Source: Pseudomonas aeruginosa
GTDB lineage: Bacteria > Pseudomonadota > Gammaproteobacteria > Pseudomonadales > Pseudomonadaceae
Assembly: GCF_001457615.1 (NCBI RefSeq)
Contig: NZ_LN831024.1
Span: forward strand, 930,001-962,000
Reading direction: 5' to 3'
DNA: 32,000 nt
Shown here: piece by piece, positions 18,380 through 27,578 of the stretch
Layout of the letters: the number at the start of each line of letters is the position of its first letter
How positions within the stretch are numbered: the stretch's first letter is position 1
Position numbers and translations under genes: made by a program
Notes under the pieces: model-generated
Told to the model about the DNA's origin: nothing
The model's input: only the letters and a program-made list of their open reading frames with translations
Database searches by the model: none

Positions 18380-18958
18380 CTACAGCTTCAGCTCGGCGCT
18401 GGCCGGAGCCAGGTCGGCGCCTTTCTGGCCGTCGGGACCGATCAGTTGTACCTGAATTTTCTGGGTGGCGGGGAAGCGCTTGAAGAACTCGGCGAGGGTC
18501 AGCAGCTTGAGCAGCTCGGGCTTCTCGCAACTGAGCTGGTAATGGGCGTGGATATCGGCATGACCGTGTTCGTGTTCGTGTTCGTGGCCTGCCTTCTCCT
18601 TGTGCGCGTGGGCCGGCGCCTTGTCGCCGAACAGCGGACTCCGCAGTTCCTGGCTGGCCACCGAGCAGCCGGCGGTGACCGGCAGGGCGAACAGCTCCAG
18701 CGGTTTTTCCAGCTGCGCGCGGGCCTTGGCCACGGCGGCCTTGTCCGCGTCGGTGCTGGCGGCGTGTTCGAAACCGACCAGGTTCATCGCCGGGCTGTCC
18801 AGCTCCAGTTCGAGGGTCTTGCCGTCCAGCGCCACGTTCAACTGGGCGACGCCGTGCTCGTGCTTGCCCAGGCTGCCATGGGCGTGGTCATGGTCGTGGT
18901 CGTCATGGGCCTGGGCGGCGAACGGCAGCAAGACGAGGGCTAACAGCAGTGGGCGCAT
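18380..18958 (-). CDS. DUF2796 / ZrgA-like histidine-rich periplasmic zinc-uptake-associated protein
   Basis: Signal peptide then AHDDHDHDHAHGSLGKHEHGVAQLNVALDGKTLELELDSPAMNLVGFEH and internal HEHEHEHGHADIHAHY. Confidence 0.88.
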   Translation of the reverse strand: MRPLLLALVLLPFAAQAHDDHDHDHAHGSLGKHEHGVAQLNVALDGKTLELELDSPAMNLVGFEHAASTDADKAAVAKARAQLEKPLELFALPVTAGCSVASQELRSPLFGDKAPAHAHKEKAGHEHEHEHGHADIHAHYQLSCEKPELLKLLTLAEFFKRFPATQKIQVQLIGPDGQKGADLAPASAELKL

Positions 18959-18991
18959 GAACGGGACTCCGGCAAGGAAGGAAAAGAGCTT

Positions 18992-19004
18992 GTTACGTTA
19001 TAAC
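18992..19004. promoter_or_regulatory. Candidate Zur operator
   Basis: GTTACGTTATAAC, close to the remembered consensus GTTATANTATAAC (10 of 12 defined positions), about 34 nt upstream of the DUF2796 start and 70-90 nt from the divergent gene. Confidence 0.6.
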
Positions 19005-19075
19005 GAATTTTTCCGCCTGCCTAGCCTGGCCGATTTGGCCCCTACGCGCCGACGTGGGAGCATGGCGCGATTCGC

Positions 19076-19447
19076 TTGTGGAGAAACGAGATGGTGCGGA
19101 TTCGCGGAAGCATCGGCGACTGGCCGGTGGACCTGACCCTGGAACTGGACGCCGAGGATTGGCGCCAGCTGGCGCAACACGTGCCCCCGCCGCCGCTGGG
19201 CGAGCCGCAGGCCGCGGCGGCCAGGGCGCCGGCGCCGGCAGCGCCGGTGGATCGCCTGTGGCAGACCGCCCAGGACCTGCTGCGCGGCAGCGGGCGGATC
19301 GAGGGGCCGCAGTTGCTGGCGGAGTTGGAGGGGTTCAGCGGCAATGCCGGCGCCGCCAAGCAACTGCTGGTGCGCCTGCGGCACGACGCCCGGGTCAAGG
19401 TCGAGGTGGTCGACGGCACCCAGGTGTTCGTCTGGCTGGAGGACTGA
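19076..19447 (+). CDS. Conserved hypothetical protein divergent from the DUF2796 gene
   Basis: ORF of 123 aa with good coding character; MVRIRGSIGDWPVDLTLELD at 19091 is an alternative start. Confidence 0.7.
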   Translation: MWRNEMVRIRGSIGDWPVDLTLELDAEDWRQLAQHVPPPPLGEPQAAAARAPAPAAPVDRLWQTAQDLLRGSGRIEGPQLLAELEGFSGNAGAAKQLLVRLRHDARVKVEVVDGTQVFVWLED

Positions 19448-19471
19448 GCCCCGCGGACGGGGCTCGGCGAC

Positions 19472-20341
19472 TCAGTAGAGCGCCTGGTACAGCTTGCGGC
19501 GGTAGGCGGTGACCAGCGGGTGGTCGTTGCCAAGCAGGTCGAAGACCTGCACCAGGGTCTTGCGCGGCAGGTCGTCCTGGTAGCCGCGGTTGCGCAGGAA
19601 CAGCTTGAGCAGTCCGTCCAGGGCCGCCTCGTACTGCTGCCGGGCGAGCTGCTGGACGGCCAACTGGTAGGCTGCCTCGTCGTCGCCGGCATCGGCCGCC
19701 AGGCGGCTCTTCAGCTCTGCGCTGTCGGGCAGGTCGGCAGCCTGGCGCAGGAAGGTCAGCTGCGCGCGGGCGCCGGCCAGGGCCTGCTTGTGCTCGTCGC
19801 TCTTCACCGCGTCGAGGATGGCCTGCGCCTCTTCCAGTTCGCCGCGCTCGGCCAGGCAGCGGGCGTAGAGGATCAGCGCCGCGGCGTTCTCGTTGTTCTC
19901 CGCCAGCAGGGCTTTCAGGGTCGCTTCGGCGTCGCCGATGCGGCCTTCGGCGAACAGCGCCTGGGCCACTTCCAGCGGGTCTTCGTCGGGCAGCGCCGGT
20001 GCTTTCACATGGGGTTCGAGCAGGGCGCGGATCTGCGATTCGGGCTGGGCGCCGGCGAAACCGTCGACCGGCTGGCCATCCTTGAACAGGACCACGGTCG
20101 GCAGGCTGCGGATGCCGAAGCGCATCACGATGTCCTGCTCGACGTCGCAGTTGACCTTGGCCAGCAGCAATTCGCCCTGGTAGGACTCGGCGATCTGCGC
20201 CAGCAGTGGCATCAGCGCCTTGCACGGGGCGCACCAGTCGGCCCAGAAGTCCACCAGGACCGGCTTGTGGAACGAGTTCTCGATGACCAGCTGCTCGAAG
20301 TTGGCGCCGGTGACGTCGAAGATGTAGGGCGTATCGCTCAT
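19472..20341 (-). CDS. Thioredoxin-like co-chaperone YbbN/CnoX with TPR region
   Basis: VDFWADWCAPCKALMPLLAQIAESYQGELLLAKVNCDVEQDIVMRFGIRSLPTVVLFKDGQPVDGF thioredoxin fold with CAPC; C-terminal TPR-like DEDPLEVAQALFAEGRIGDAEATLKALL. Confidence 0.93.
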   Translation of the reverse strand: MSDTPYIFDVTGANFEQLVIENSFHKPVLVDFWADWCAPCKALMPLLAQIAESYQGELLLAKVNCDVEQDIVMRFGIRSLPTVVLFKDGQPVDGFAGAQPESQIRALLEPHVKAPALPDEDPLEVAQALFAEGRIGDAEATLKALLAENNENAAALILYARCLAERGELEEAQAILDAVKSDEHKQALAGARAQLTFLRQAADLPDSAELKSRLAADAGDDEAAYQLAVQQLARQQYEAALDGLLKLFLRNRGYQDDLPRKTLVQVFDLLGNDHPLVTAYRRKLYQALY

Positions 20342-20412
20342 GTCGATTCTCGGAAACGCAAGGTGGTGACCACTATAAGTGGGGGCGCGCCGCGCGCAAA
20401 CAAGCCCGTGCC

Positions 20413-21075
20413 TCAGGCTTGCCCGCGTTCGGCGTGATACAGGCTGACCAGGCGGAATTCGGCGGGCTCGGCGAGGTCCGGCCAGGTACAGGCTTCGAGC
20501 ACGTCCAGGCGCCGGTACAGCGGATGACGGAAGTCACGGACCCGCGAGTCGGCGACCAGCGCCTGGCGGCCGCGGCTGAGGAACTGGTCGAGCAGCGGCA
20601 GGTTGGCGCGGTCGTAGAGCACGTCGGCCACCAGGATCAGGTCGAAGCGATCGTCCTCGGCGAAGAAGTCCGCCGAATAGCTCAGCTCCACTCCGTTCAG
20701 TTCGGCGTTCGCCCGGCTCGCTGCCAGCGCCAGGGGATCCAGGTCGCAAGCCACCACCTCGGCGGCGCCGGCGCGGGCCGCGGCGATCGCCGCCACCCCG
20801 GAGCCGCTGCCGAAGTCCAGCACGCGCTTGTCGCGGACCCACTGCGGGCGCGCCGCCAGCCAGCGCGCCAGGACCAGCCCGCTGGCCCAGCAGAAGCACC
20901 AGTACGGCGGCTCTTCGAGGATGCGGCGGGTTTCCTCCGGGCTGAACTGGCGGTCCATGTTCTGCGCGTCGATCAGCCACAGGCGCAGGTCGGTGCCGGG
21001 CAGCGCGGTGGCGCTGAGCCGGGCGTCGCCGAGCAGCTCGCCCAGCGCCTGGGTCAGGGCTTGCGGTGCCGTCAC
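20413..21075 (-). CDS. SAM-dependent methyltransferase of the PrmA/ETFB-lysine methyltransferase-like group
   Basis: [48 protein letters not shown] start overlapping the stop of the upstream lipoprotein gene. Confidence 0.85.
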   Translation of the reverse strand: MTAPQALTQALGELLGDARLSATALPGTDLRLWLIDAQNMDRQFSPEETRRILEEPPYWCFCWASGLVLARWLAARPQWVRDKRVLDFGSGSGVAAIAAARAGAAEVVACDLDPLALAASRANAELNGVELSYSADFFAEDDRFDLILVADVLYDRANLPLLDQFLSRGRQALVADSRVRDFRHPLYRRLDVLEACTWPDLAEPAEFRLVSLYHAERGQA

Positions 21076-21530
21076 GGCGCGCGTACCAGGCGCAGTTCGC
21101 CGAGGGACTGGGTGGTCGGCTGGGCGATCCGCAACGGATGCAGGCGCCAGGCCAACTGGCCGGACTGGATCACCCGCGCGTGCAGTTCGACGCGCAGCGC
21201 GCCACCGGCCGGCGGGAAGGATTCGGGGTTGAACGGCAGGCGGAAGGGCATGAGTTCGCCGGTGGCCAGCACCGTCTCGCTGGCCAGCAGCCGCTGTGGA
21301 CGGTCGCGCTCGTCGATCACCAGCAGTGCCATCTGCACCTCGCTGCCGCGTGGCAGGCTGCCCTGGATGCTGCTCAGCGTTCCGCTCAGCTCGCGCAGGT
21401 GGGCCGGTAGCACCGGCTCGACCATGGTCACGCTGCGCGAAGCTTGCGGCGTTGGCGCAGGCTTCGGCTTGTCGCTGGAACAAGCGGCGAGGAGAAGGAC
21501 GGCCAGCAGGGCGATCGGGCGCAGGGTCAT
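21072..21530 (-). CDS. YbaY-family lipoprotein
   Basis: [24 protein letters not shown] lipobox LLAAC; [34 protein letters not shown]. Confidence 0.85.
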   Translation of the reverse strand: MTLRPIALLAVLLLAACSSDKPKPAPTPQASRSVTMVEPVLPAHLRELSGTLSSIQGSLPRGSEVQMALLVIDERDRPQRLLASETVLATGELMPFRLPFNPESFPPAGGALRVELHARVIQSGQLAWRLHPLRIAQPTTQSLGELRLVRAP

Positions 21531-21727
21531 GGGCTGCTCCATAGCGGTGGAATCCGGGCGGCGCTTGTATAGCGCAAAGTGTGATTCTTGTCGCGCTTCG
21601 CGTAGTCCGCAACGTCCGATTCCTCTCGCCTTTCCCAGCGTGCCGGCGCCGGTCGATTCTGCGGGTGCTCGGTCGGGCGCGGATGCGCTACCATGCGGCT
21701 TCCTTCAGCTACGCCTGTATCAGCACC

Positions 21728-22192
21728 ATGCATTGTCCCTTCTGCGGTGCCCATGACACCAAAGTGATTGACTCGCGACTGGTCGCCGAGGGCGATCAGG
21801 TGCGCCGGCGCCGCGAGTGCCTGGCCTGCGGCGAACGCTTCACCACCTTCGAGACCGCCGAGCTGGTCATGCCGCGCCTGATCAAGCAGGACGGCAGCCG
21901 CCAGCCGTTCGACGAGGACAAGCTGCGCGCCGGCATGCAGCGCGCCCTGGAGAAGCGTCCGGTCAGCGTCGAGCGGCTGGAAGCGGCCATCGGCCACATC
22001 AAGCACCAGTTGCGCGCCACCGGCGAGCGCGAGATCAAGTCGCGGGTGCTGGGCGAACTGGTGATGGCCGAGCTGCAGAAGCTCGACGAAGTCGCCTACA
22101 TCCGTTTCGCCTCGGTCTACCGGCGCTTCCAGGACCTCAACGAATTCCGCGAGGAGATCGAACGCCTCGCCCGCGAGCCGGCCAAGGAATGA
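21728..22192 (+). CDS. nrdR: Transcriptional repressor NrdR
   Basis: [42 protein letters not shown] zinc ribbon followed by ATP-cone domain. Confidence 0.98.
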   Translation: MHCPFCGAHDTKVIDSRLVAEGDQVRRRRECLACGERFTTFETAELVMPRLIKQDGSRQPFDEDKLRAGMQRALEKRPVSVERLEAAIGHIKHQLRATGEREIKSRVLGELVMAELQKLDEVAYIRFASVYRRFQDLNEFREEIERLAREPAKE

Positions 22193-23310
22193 ACGCCGCC
22201 GACCCGCTGTACATGGCCCGCGCCCTGGAACTGGCGCGCCAGGGGCTGTACTCCACCCATCCGAATCCGCGTGTCGGCTGCGTGCTGGTCAAGGACGGCC
22301 AGGTGGTCGGCGAGGGCTGGCACGTCCGCGCCGGCGAGCCGCACGCCGAGGTCCATGCCCTGCGCCAGGCCGGCGAGAATGCACGCGGCGCCACCGCCTA
22401 CGTGACCCTCGAGCCCTGCAGCCACTTCGGCCGCACCCCGCCGTGCGCCGATGCGCTGGTGGGCGCCGGGGTGGCGCGGGTGGTCGCGGCGATGCAGGAT
22501 CCCAACCCCGAGGTCGCCGGTCGCGGCCTGCTGCGTCTGATGCAGGCCGGCATCGCGGTGCAGAGCGGCGTCCTCGAAGCCGAGGCGCGGGAACTCAACA
22601 TCGGTTTCATCAAGCGCATGGAACATGGCCTGCCGTTCGTCCGGGTCAAGCTGGCGATGAGCCTGGACGGGCGCACCGCCATGGCCAGCGGGGAAAGCCA
22701 GTGGATCACCGGGCCCTCCGCGCGTTCGGCGGTGCAGCGCTTGCGCGCTCGCTCCAGCGTGGTGTTGTCCGGCGCCGATACGCTGCTGGCGGACGATGCG
22801 CGGCTCAACGTACGCCCCGACGAACTGGGCCTGAACGCCGAGCTTACCGCGCTCGCCGCGGCTCGCCAGCCGTTGCGGGTGCTGGTCGACGGGCGCCTGC
22901 GGGTGCCGCTGGAGTCGGCGTTCTACCAGGCCGGTCCGGCGCTGGTGGCGACCTGCGCCGCCGCCTCGGCGCGCGAACGCTTCCAGGACGCCGGCCACGA
23001 ACTGCTGGCGCTGCCCTCCGCCGAGGGCCACGTCGATTTGCACAAGCTGCTCCTGGAACTGGCGGCGCGCGGCGCCAACGAAGTGCTGGTGGAGGCCGGC
23101 CCGCGTCTGGCCGGCGCCTTCGCCCGGCTGGGGCTGGTGGATGAGTACCGGCTGTTCGTCGCGCCGAAGTTCCTCGGCTCCAGCGCCCGTCCTTTGCTCG
23201 ACTGGCCGCTGGCGCGGATGGCCGATGCGGCGCAGTTGCGGATCGACGACATCCGCGCGGTGGGCGACGACTGGCTGGTCACCGCGCGGCCCCATCCGCG
23301 GGACGCCTGA
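22189..23310 (+). CDS. ribD: Bifunctional riboflavin deaminase/reductase RibD
   Basis: [37 protein letters not shown]...[14 protein letters not shown]...[18 protein letters not shown]; reductase domain [19 protein letters not shown] overlap with nrdR. Confidence 0.97.
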   Translation: MNAADPLYMARALELARQGLYSTHPNPRVGCVLVKDGQVVGEGWHVRAGEPHAEVHALRQAGENARGATAYVTLEPCSHFGRTPPCADALVGAGVARVVAAMQDPNPEVAGRGLLRLMQAGIAVQSGVLEAEARELNIGFIKRMEHGLPFVRVKLAMSLDGRTAMASGESQWITGPSARSAVQRLRARSSVVLSGADTLLADDARLNVRPDELGLNAELTALAAARQPLRVLVDGRLRVPLESAFYQAGPALVATCAAASARERFQDAGHELLALPSAEGHVDLHKLLLELAARGANEVLVEAGPRLAGAFARLGLVDEYRLFVAPKFLGSSARPLLDWPLARMADAAQLRIDDIRAVGDDWLVTARPHPRDA

Positions 23311-23392
23311 ACTTCGCTGCGCGGCGACGCGGCGGACGATGCACAAGCGGCGCAACTGTGGTAAAACGCCACACGGCCATCTCGGTGGCCGT

Positions 23393-23550
23393 AACGTTCT
23401 CAGGGCGGGGTGAAAGTCCCCACCGGCGGTAATGGCGCGCAAGGCGCCTAGCCCGCGAGCGCTTGCCGGACCGGCCACCGCCGGACGACAAGGTCAGCAG
23501 ACCCGGTGCGATTCCGGGGCCGACGGTCATAGTCCGGATAAAGAGAGAAC
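23393..23550 (+). ncRNA. FMN riboswitch (RFN element)
   Basis: Conserved TTCTCAGGGCGGGGTGAAAGTCCCCACCGGCGGTAAT, ...AGCCCGCGAGCGCTTG..., GGTCAGCAGACCCGGTGCGATTCCGGGGCCGACGGTCATAGTCCGGATAAAGAGAGAAC. Confidence 0.98.
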
Positions 23551-23639
23551 GGGATTGCCTGCCTGGGCGTACCCTGTGCGCCCGCAAGATCCCCTTCGAT
23601 CCAAAAAGCCCTGTTTTTCACGAAACAGGAGTTCGTCAT

Positions 23640-23753
23640 ATGTCTTCATCTTGGAATACCCGCGCTATGGCACGCAGGCCGCTCGGCGTCGCGCCGGCCA
23701 TGCTGTGCGCCTGTGCGGCGGAAAAACGGGAGGTCGCATGTTCACCGGCATAA
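23640..23753 (+). CDS. Candidate leader ORF (37 aa) between the FMN riboswitch and ribC
   Basis: ATG with CAGGAG 7-10 nt upstream; MSSSWNTRAMARRPLGVAPAMLCACAAEKREVACSPA*; stop lies 16 nt inside ribC in another frame. Confidence 0.4.
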   Translation: MSSSWNTRAMARRPLGVAPAMLCACAAEKREVACSPA

Positions 23754-24397
23754 TCGAGTCGATCGGCAGCGTCCGCGCAATGACGCCCAAGGGCGGCGAC
23801 CTGCGGGTCTACATCGCCACCGGCAAGCTCGACCTGGGCGACGTCAAGCTCGGCGACAGCATCGCGGTCAACGGCGTCTGCCTGACCGCGGTGGAACTGC
23901 CCGGCGATGGCTTCTGGGCCGACGTCAGCCGCGAGAGCCTGGCGCGCACCGCCTTCCAGCACCTGAAGGTGGGCAGCCGGGTGAACCTGGAAAAGGCCCT
24001 GACGCCGACCACCCGCCTCGGCGGACACCTGGTGAGCGGCCACGTCGACGGCGTCGGCGAGGTGCTCAAGCGCGAGGAGAACGCCCGCGCCATCCAGTTC
24101 ACCGTGCGTGCCCCGCGCGAACTGGCCAGGTACATCGCGCACAAGGGCTCGATCACCGTCGACGGCACCAGCCTCACGGTGAACGCGGTGAACGGCGCGG
24201 AGTTCGAGCTGACCATCGTCCCGCATACGCTCAGCGAAACCATCATGGCCGAGTACCAGCCCGGACGCCGGGTCAACCTCGAGGTCGACCTGCTGGCCCG
24301 TTACCTGGAGCGCCTGCTGCTTGGCGACAAGGCCGCCGAGCCCAGCGCCTCCGGCATCAGCGAAGCGTTTCTCGCCGAGAACGGTTTTCTCAAGTAA
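23738..24397 (+). CDS. ribC: Riboflavin synthase alpha subunit
   Basis: MFTGIIESIGSVRAM...GDSIAVNGVCLTAV...GHVDGVGEV...; duplicated lumazine-binding domains. Called ribC in Pseudomonas, ribE elsewhere. Confidence 0.96.
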   Translation: MFTGIIESIGSVRAMTPKGGDLRVYIATGKLDLGDVKLGDSIAVNGVCLTAVELPGDGFWADVSRESLARTAFQHLKVGSRVNLEKALTPTTRLGGHLVSGHVDGVGEVLKREENARAIQFTVRAPRELARYIAHKGSITVDGTSLTVNAVNGAEFELTIVPHTLSETIMAEYQPGRRVNLEVDLLARYLERLLLGDKAAEPSASGISEAFLAENGFLK

Positions 24398-24423
24398 CCC
24401 ACGAATTGCATAAGGGGGTGCCC

Positions 24424-25521
24424 ATGGCACTCAACACGATCGACGAACTGATCGAAGACATCCGCCAAGGCAAGATGGTCATCCTGATGGATGACGAGGA
24501 CCGCGAGAACGAAGGCGACCTGATCATGGCCGCCGAATGCGTCCGCACCGAAGACATCAACTTCATGGTCAAGCATGCCCGCGGCCTGGTCTGCATGCCG
24601 ATGACCCGCGAGCGTTGCGAGCGCCTCGGCCTGCCGCTGATGGTGCAGCGCAACGGCTCCGGCTTCGGCACCAAGTTCACTGTCTCCATCGAGGCCGCCG
24701 AGGGCGTCACCACCGGCATCTCCGCCGCGGACCGCGCCCGCACCGTGCAGGCTGCGGCGGCGAAGAACGCCGTGGCCGCCGACATCGTCAGCCCCGGCCA
24801 CATCTTCCCGCTGATGGCCCAGCCGGGCGGTACCCTGGCTCGCGCCGGGCACACCGAGGCGGCCTGCGACCTGGCGCGGATGGCCGGGTTCGAGCCGTCC
24901 GGGGTGATCTGCGAGGTGATGAACGACGACGGCAGCATGGCTCGCCGGCCCGAACTGGAGGCGTTCGCCGCCGAGCACGGGATCAAGATCGGCACCATCG
25001 CCGACCTGATCCACTACCGGCTGATCCACGAGCGCACCGTCGAGCGCATCGCCGAGCAGCCGCTCGACAGCGAACTGGGCCACTTCAACCTGATCACCTA
25101 CCGCGACTCGGTGGAGGGCGACGTGCACCTGGCGCTGACCCTCGGCAAGGTCTGCGCGGAAGAGCCGACCCTGGTCCGCGTGCATAACATGGACCCGCTG
25201 CGCGACCTGCTGCAGGTCAACCAGCCGGGCCGCTGGAGCCTGCGCGCGGCGATGACCAAGGTCGCCGAGGCGGGCAGCGGCGTGGTGCTGCTGCTCGGTC
25301 ACCAGATCGGCGGCGACGACCTGCTCGCCCATGTCCGCGAGATCGCTTCGGCGCCGGCTCCGGCGCCCAAGGCCACCACCACCTACAGCACCGTCGGTGC
25401 CGGTTCGCAGATCCTGCGCGACCTCGGCGTGCGCAAGATGCGCCTGCTGAGTGCGCCGATGCGCTTCAATGCGATATCCGGTTTCGACCTGGAAGTTGTA
25501 GAATACCTGCCCGCCGAATAA
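24424..25521 (+). CDS. ribB: 3,4-dihydroxy-2-butanone 4-phosphate synthase with C-terminal GTP cyclohydrolase II-like domain lacking the zinc cysteines
   Basis: MVILMDDEDRENEGDLIMAAE, LCMPMTRERCERLGL, RAGHTEAACDLARMAG; the C-terminal region resembles RibA but without C-x10-C-x-C. Confidence 0.95.
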   Translation: MALNTIDELIEDIRQGKMVILMDDEDRENEGDLIMAAECVRTEDINFMVKHARGLVCMPMTRERCERLGLPLMVQRNGSGFGTKFTVSIEAAEGVTTGISAADRARTVQAAAAKNAVAADIVSPGHIFPLMAQPGGTLARAGHTEAACDLARMAGFEPSGVICEVMNDDGSMARRPELEAFAAEHGIKIGTIADLIHYRLIHERTVERIAEQPLDSELGHFNLITYRDSVEGDVHLALTLGKVCAEEPTLVRVHNMDPLRDLLQVNQPGRWSLRAAMTKVAEAGSGVVLLLGHQIGGDDLLAHVREIASAPAPAPKATTTYSTVGAGSQILRDLGVRKMRLLSAPMRFNAISGFDLEVVEYLPAE

Positions 25522-25638
25522 GGCCTGTCCCGCCCGCCGCGTGCAAGATCGCGGTGGGCGCTATGCTGGACGGACCTTTCGACCCTTTTCGCTCGGGGCG
25601 CAACGGCGTCCCGGCTCTTTAACAGATGAGACCTGCTC

Positions 25639-26115
25639 ATGACCCTGAAGACCATCGAAGGTACCTTCATTGCCCCCAAAGGCCGCTACGCCCTGGTGGT
25701 CGGCCGCTTCAACAGCTTCGTCGTGGAAAGCCTGGTCAGCGGCGCCGTCGACGCCCTGGTCCGCCACGGCGTGGCTGAAAGCGAGATCACCATCATCCGC
25801 GCCCCGGGTGCCTTCGAGATCCCGCTGGTGACCCAGAAGGTCGCCCAGCAAGGCGGCTTCGACGCCATCATCGCCCTCGGCGCGGTGATCCGTGGCGGCA
25901 CCCCGCACTTCGAATACGTGGCTGGCGAGTGCACCAAGGGCCTGGCCCAGGTGTCCCTGCAGTTCGGCATCCCGGTCGCCTTCGGCGTCCTCACCGTCGA
26001 CTCCATCGAGCAGGCCATCGAGCGCTCCGGCACCAAGGCCGGCAACAAGGGCGCCGAAGCCGCGCTGTCGGCCCTGGAAATGGTCAGCCTGCTGGCGCAG
26101 TTGGAGGCCAAGTGA
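25639..26115 (+). CDS. ribH: 6,7-dimethyl-8-ribityllumazine synthase
   Basis: [76 protein letters not shown]. Confidence 0.98.
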
Positions 26116-26591
26116 GCAATCAAGACAGCGGCAACCCGGCAGCCAAGCCGCCGAAAGGCAAGACCGCCGCTCGCCGCAAGGCCCGCAGCCTGGCCGTCCA
26201 GGCCCTGTACTCCTGGCAGATCGCCGGCCAGCCCCTGCACGAGATCGAGGCGCAGTTCCGCACCGACAACGACTTCTCCGAGGTCGACGGCGCCTACTTC
26301 CACGAGATCCTGCACGGCGTGCCGCGACAGAAGAGCGAGCTGGACTCCACCTTCGAGCCCTGCCTGGACCGCCCGCTGGCCGAGATCGACCCGGTCGAGC
26401 TGGCCATCCTGCGGCTGTCCACCTACGAGCTGCGCAACCGCATCGACGTGCCCTACAAGGTAGTGATCAACGAGGGCATCGAGCTGGCCAAGACCTTCGG
26501 CGCCACCGACGGCCACAAGTTCGTCAACGGCGTGCTCGACAAGCTGGCGCCGCGCCTGCGCGCCGCCGAGCTGCGCGGCGGCAAGCGCTGA
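26112..26591 (+). CDS. nusB: Transcription antitermination factor NusB
   Basis: [80 protein letters not shown] start overlapping the ribH stop. Confidence 0.97.
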
Positions 26592-26609
26592 TCCCGCGCC
26601 GGCGGCGTC

Positions 26610-27578
26610 ATGGGTGAGTTCGAGCTGATCCGCCGCTTCTTCGCCGCGGCCGCCTGCGCGGCGCCGGCGGCGGACGTGGCCCTCGGCATCGGCGACGACT
26701 GCGCCCTGCTGGCGCCGCCAGCCGGCGAACAACTGGCGGTCTCCACCGATACCCTGGTGGAAGGCGTGCATTTTCCCGCCGGTTGCGACCCTTTCCTTCT
26801 TGCCCAGCGCGCCCTGGCGGTCTCCGCCAGCGACCTGGCGGCGATGGGCGCCGCGCCCCTGGCCTTCACCCTGGCCCTGACCTTGCCGCAGGCCGACGCC
26901 GAGTGGTTGCAGGGCTTCGCCCGCGGCCTCGACGCCATGGCCCGGCAGTGCGGCCTGGCCCTGGTCGGCGGCGACACCACGCGCGGCCCGCTGAGCATGA
27001 CCCTGACCGTATTCGGCAGGGTGCCGGCCGGCCAGGCGCTGACCCGCGCCGGTGCGCGCCCGGGCGACCTGCTCTGCGTCGGGGGCCCGCTCGGCGAGGC
27101 TGGAGCGGCGCTGGAACTGGTGCTGGAGCGAAGATCGGCGCCCGCCGAGGTGGCCGAACCGCTGCTGGCGCGCTACTGGACGCCGGCCCCGCAATTCGGT
27201 CTGGGCCTCGCCCTGCGCGGCAAGGCCAGCGCCGCCCTGGACATCTCCGACGGGCTGCTCGCCGACTGCGGGCATATCGCCCGCGCTTCCGGCGTTGCCC
27301 TGTTGGTCGAATGCCAGCGCTTGCAGGCAAGCGCCGCGTTGAGCGGCCTGCTCGCCGGCGAGGAAGCCTTGCGCCAGCAACTGGCCGCCGGCGACGACTA
27401 CGTGCTGGTTTTCACCCTGCCGCCTGAGTACCTTGGCGAGATTCGCGCCGCGTGGCCGGCCATGGCCGTCATCGGCCGGGTCGAGGCGGGACAGGGGGTG
27501 CACCTGCTCGACGCCGACGGAAAGGAACTCATACCGGCCGCGGCCGGTTACCAACATTTCGGAACCCAACGTGACTGA
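26610..27578 (+). CDS. thiL: Thiamine-monophosphate kinase
   Basis: MGEFELIRRFF, LGIGDDCALLAPP, LVEGVHF, LALVGGDTTRG, DISDGLLADCGHIARASG. Confidence 0.97.
   Translation: MGEFELIRRFFAAAACAAPAADVALGIGDDCALLAPPAGEQLAVSTDTLVEGVHFPAGCDPFLLAQRALAVSASDLAAMGAAPLAFTLALTLPQADAEWLQGFARGLDAMARQCGLALVGGDTTRGPLSMTLTVFGRVPAGQALTRAGARPGDLLCVGGPLGEAGAALELVLERRSAPAEVAEPLLARYWTPAPQFGLGLALRGKASAALDISDGLLADCGHIARASGVALLVECQRLQASAALSGLLAGEEALRQQLAAGDDYVLVFTLPPEYLGEIRAAWPAMAVIGRVEAGQGVHLLDADGKELIPAAAGYQHFGTQRD

Noticed and set aside
21817-23310. 497 aa ORF covering nrdR and ribD
   Set aside because: Only the part from 22189 (MNAADPLYM...) is RibD; the upstream portion is the wrong frame over nrdR.
22117-23478. 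453 aa minus-strand ORF antisense to ribD
   Set aside because: Antisense shadow with His/Gly/Gln-rich composition; ribD is unambiguous.
25686-27569. 627 aa minus-strand ORF across ribH, nusB and thiL
   Set aside because: Spans three firmly identified plus-strand genes; alternative-frame artefact.
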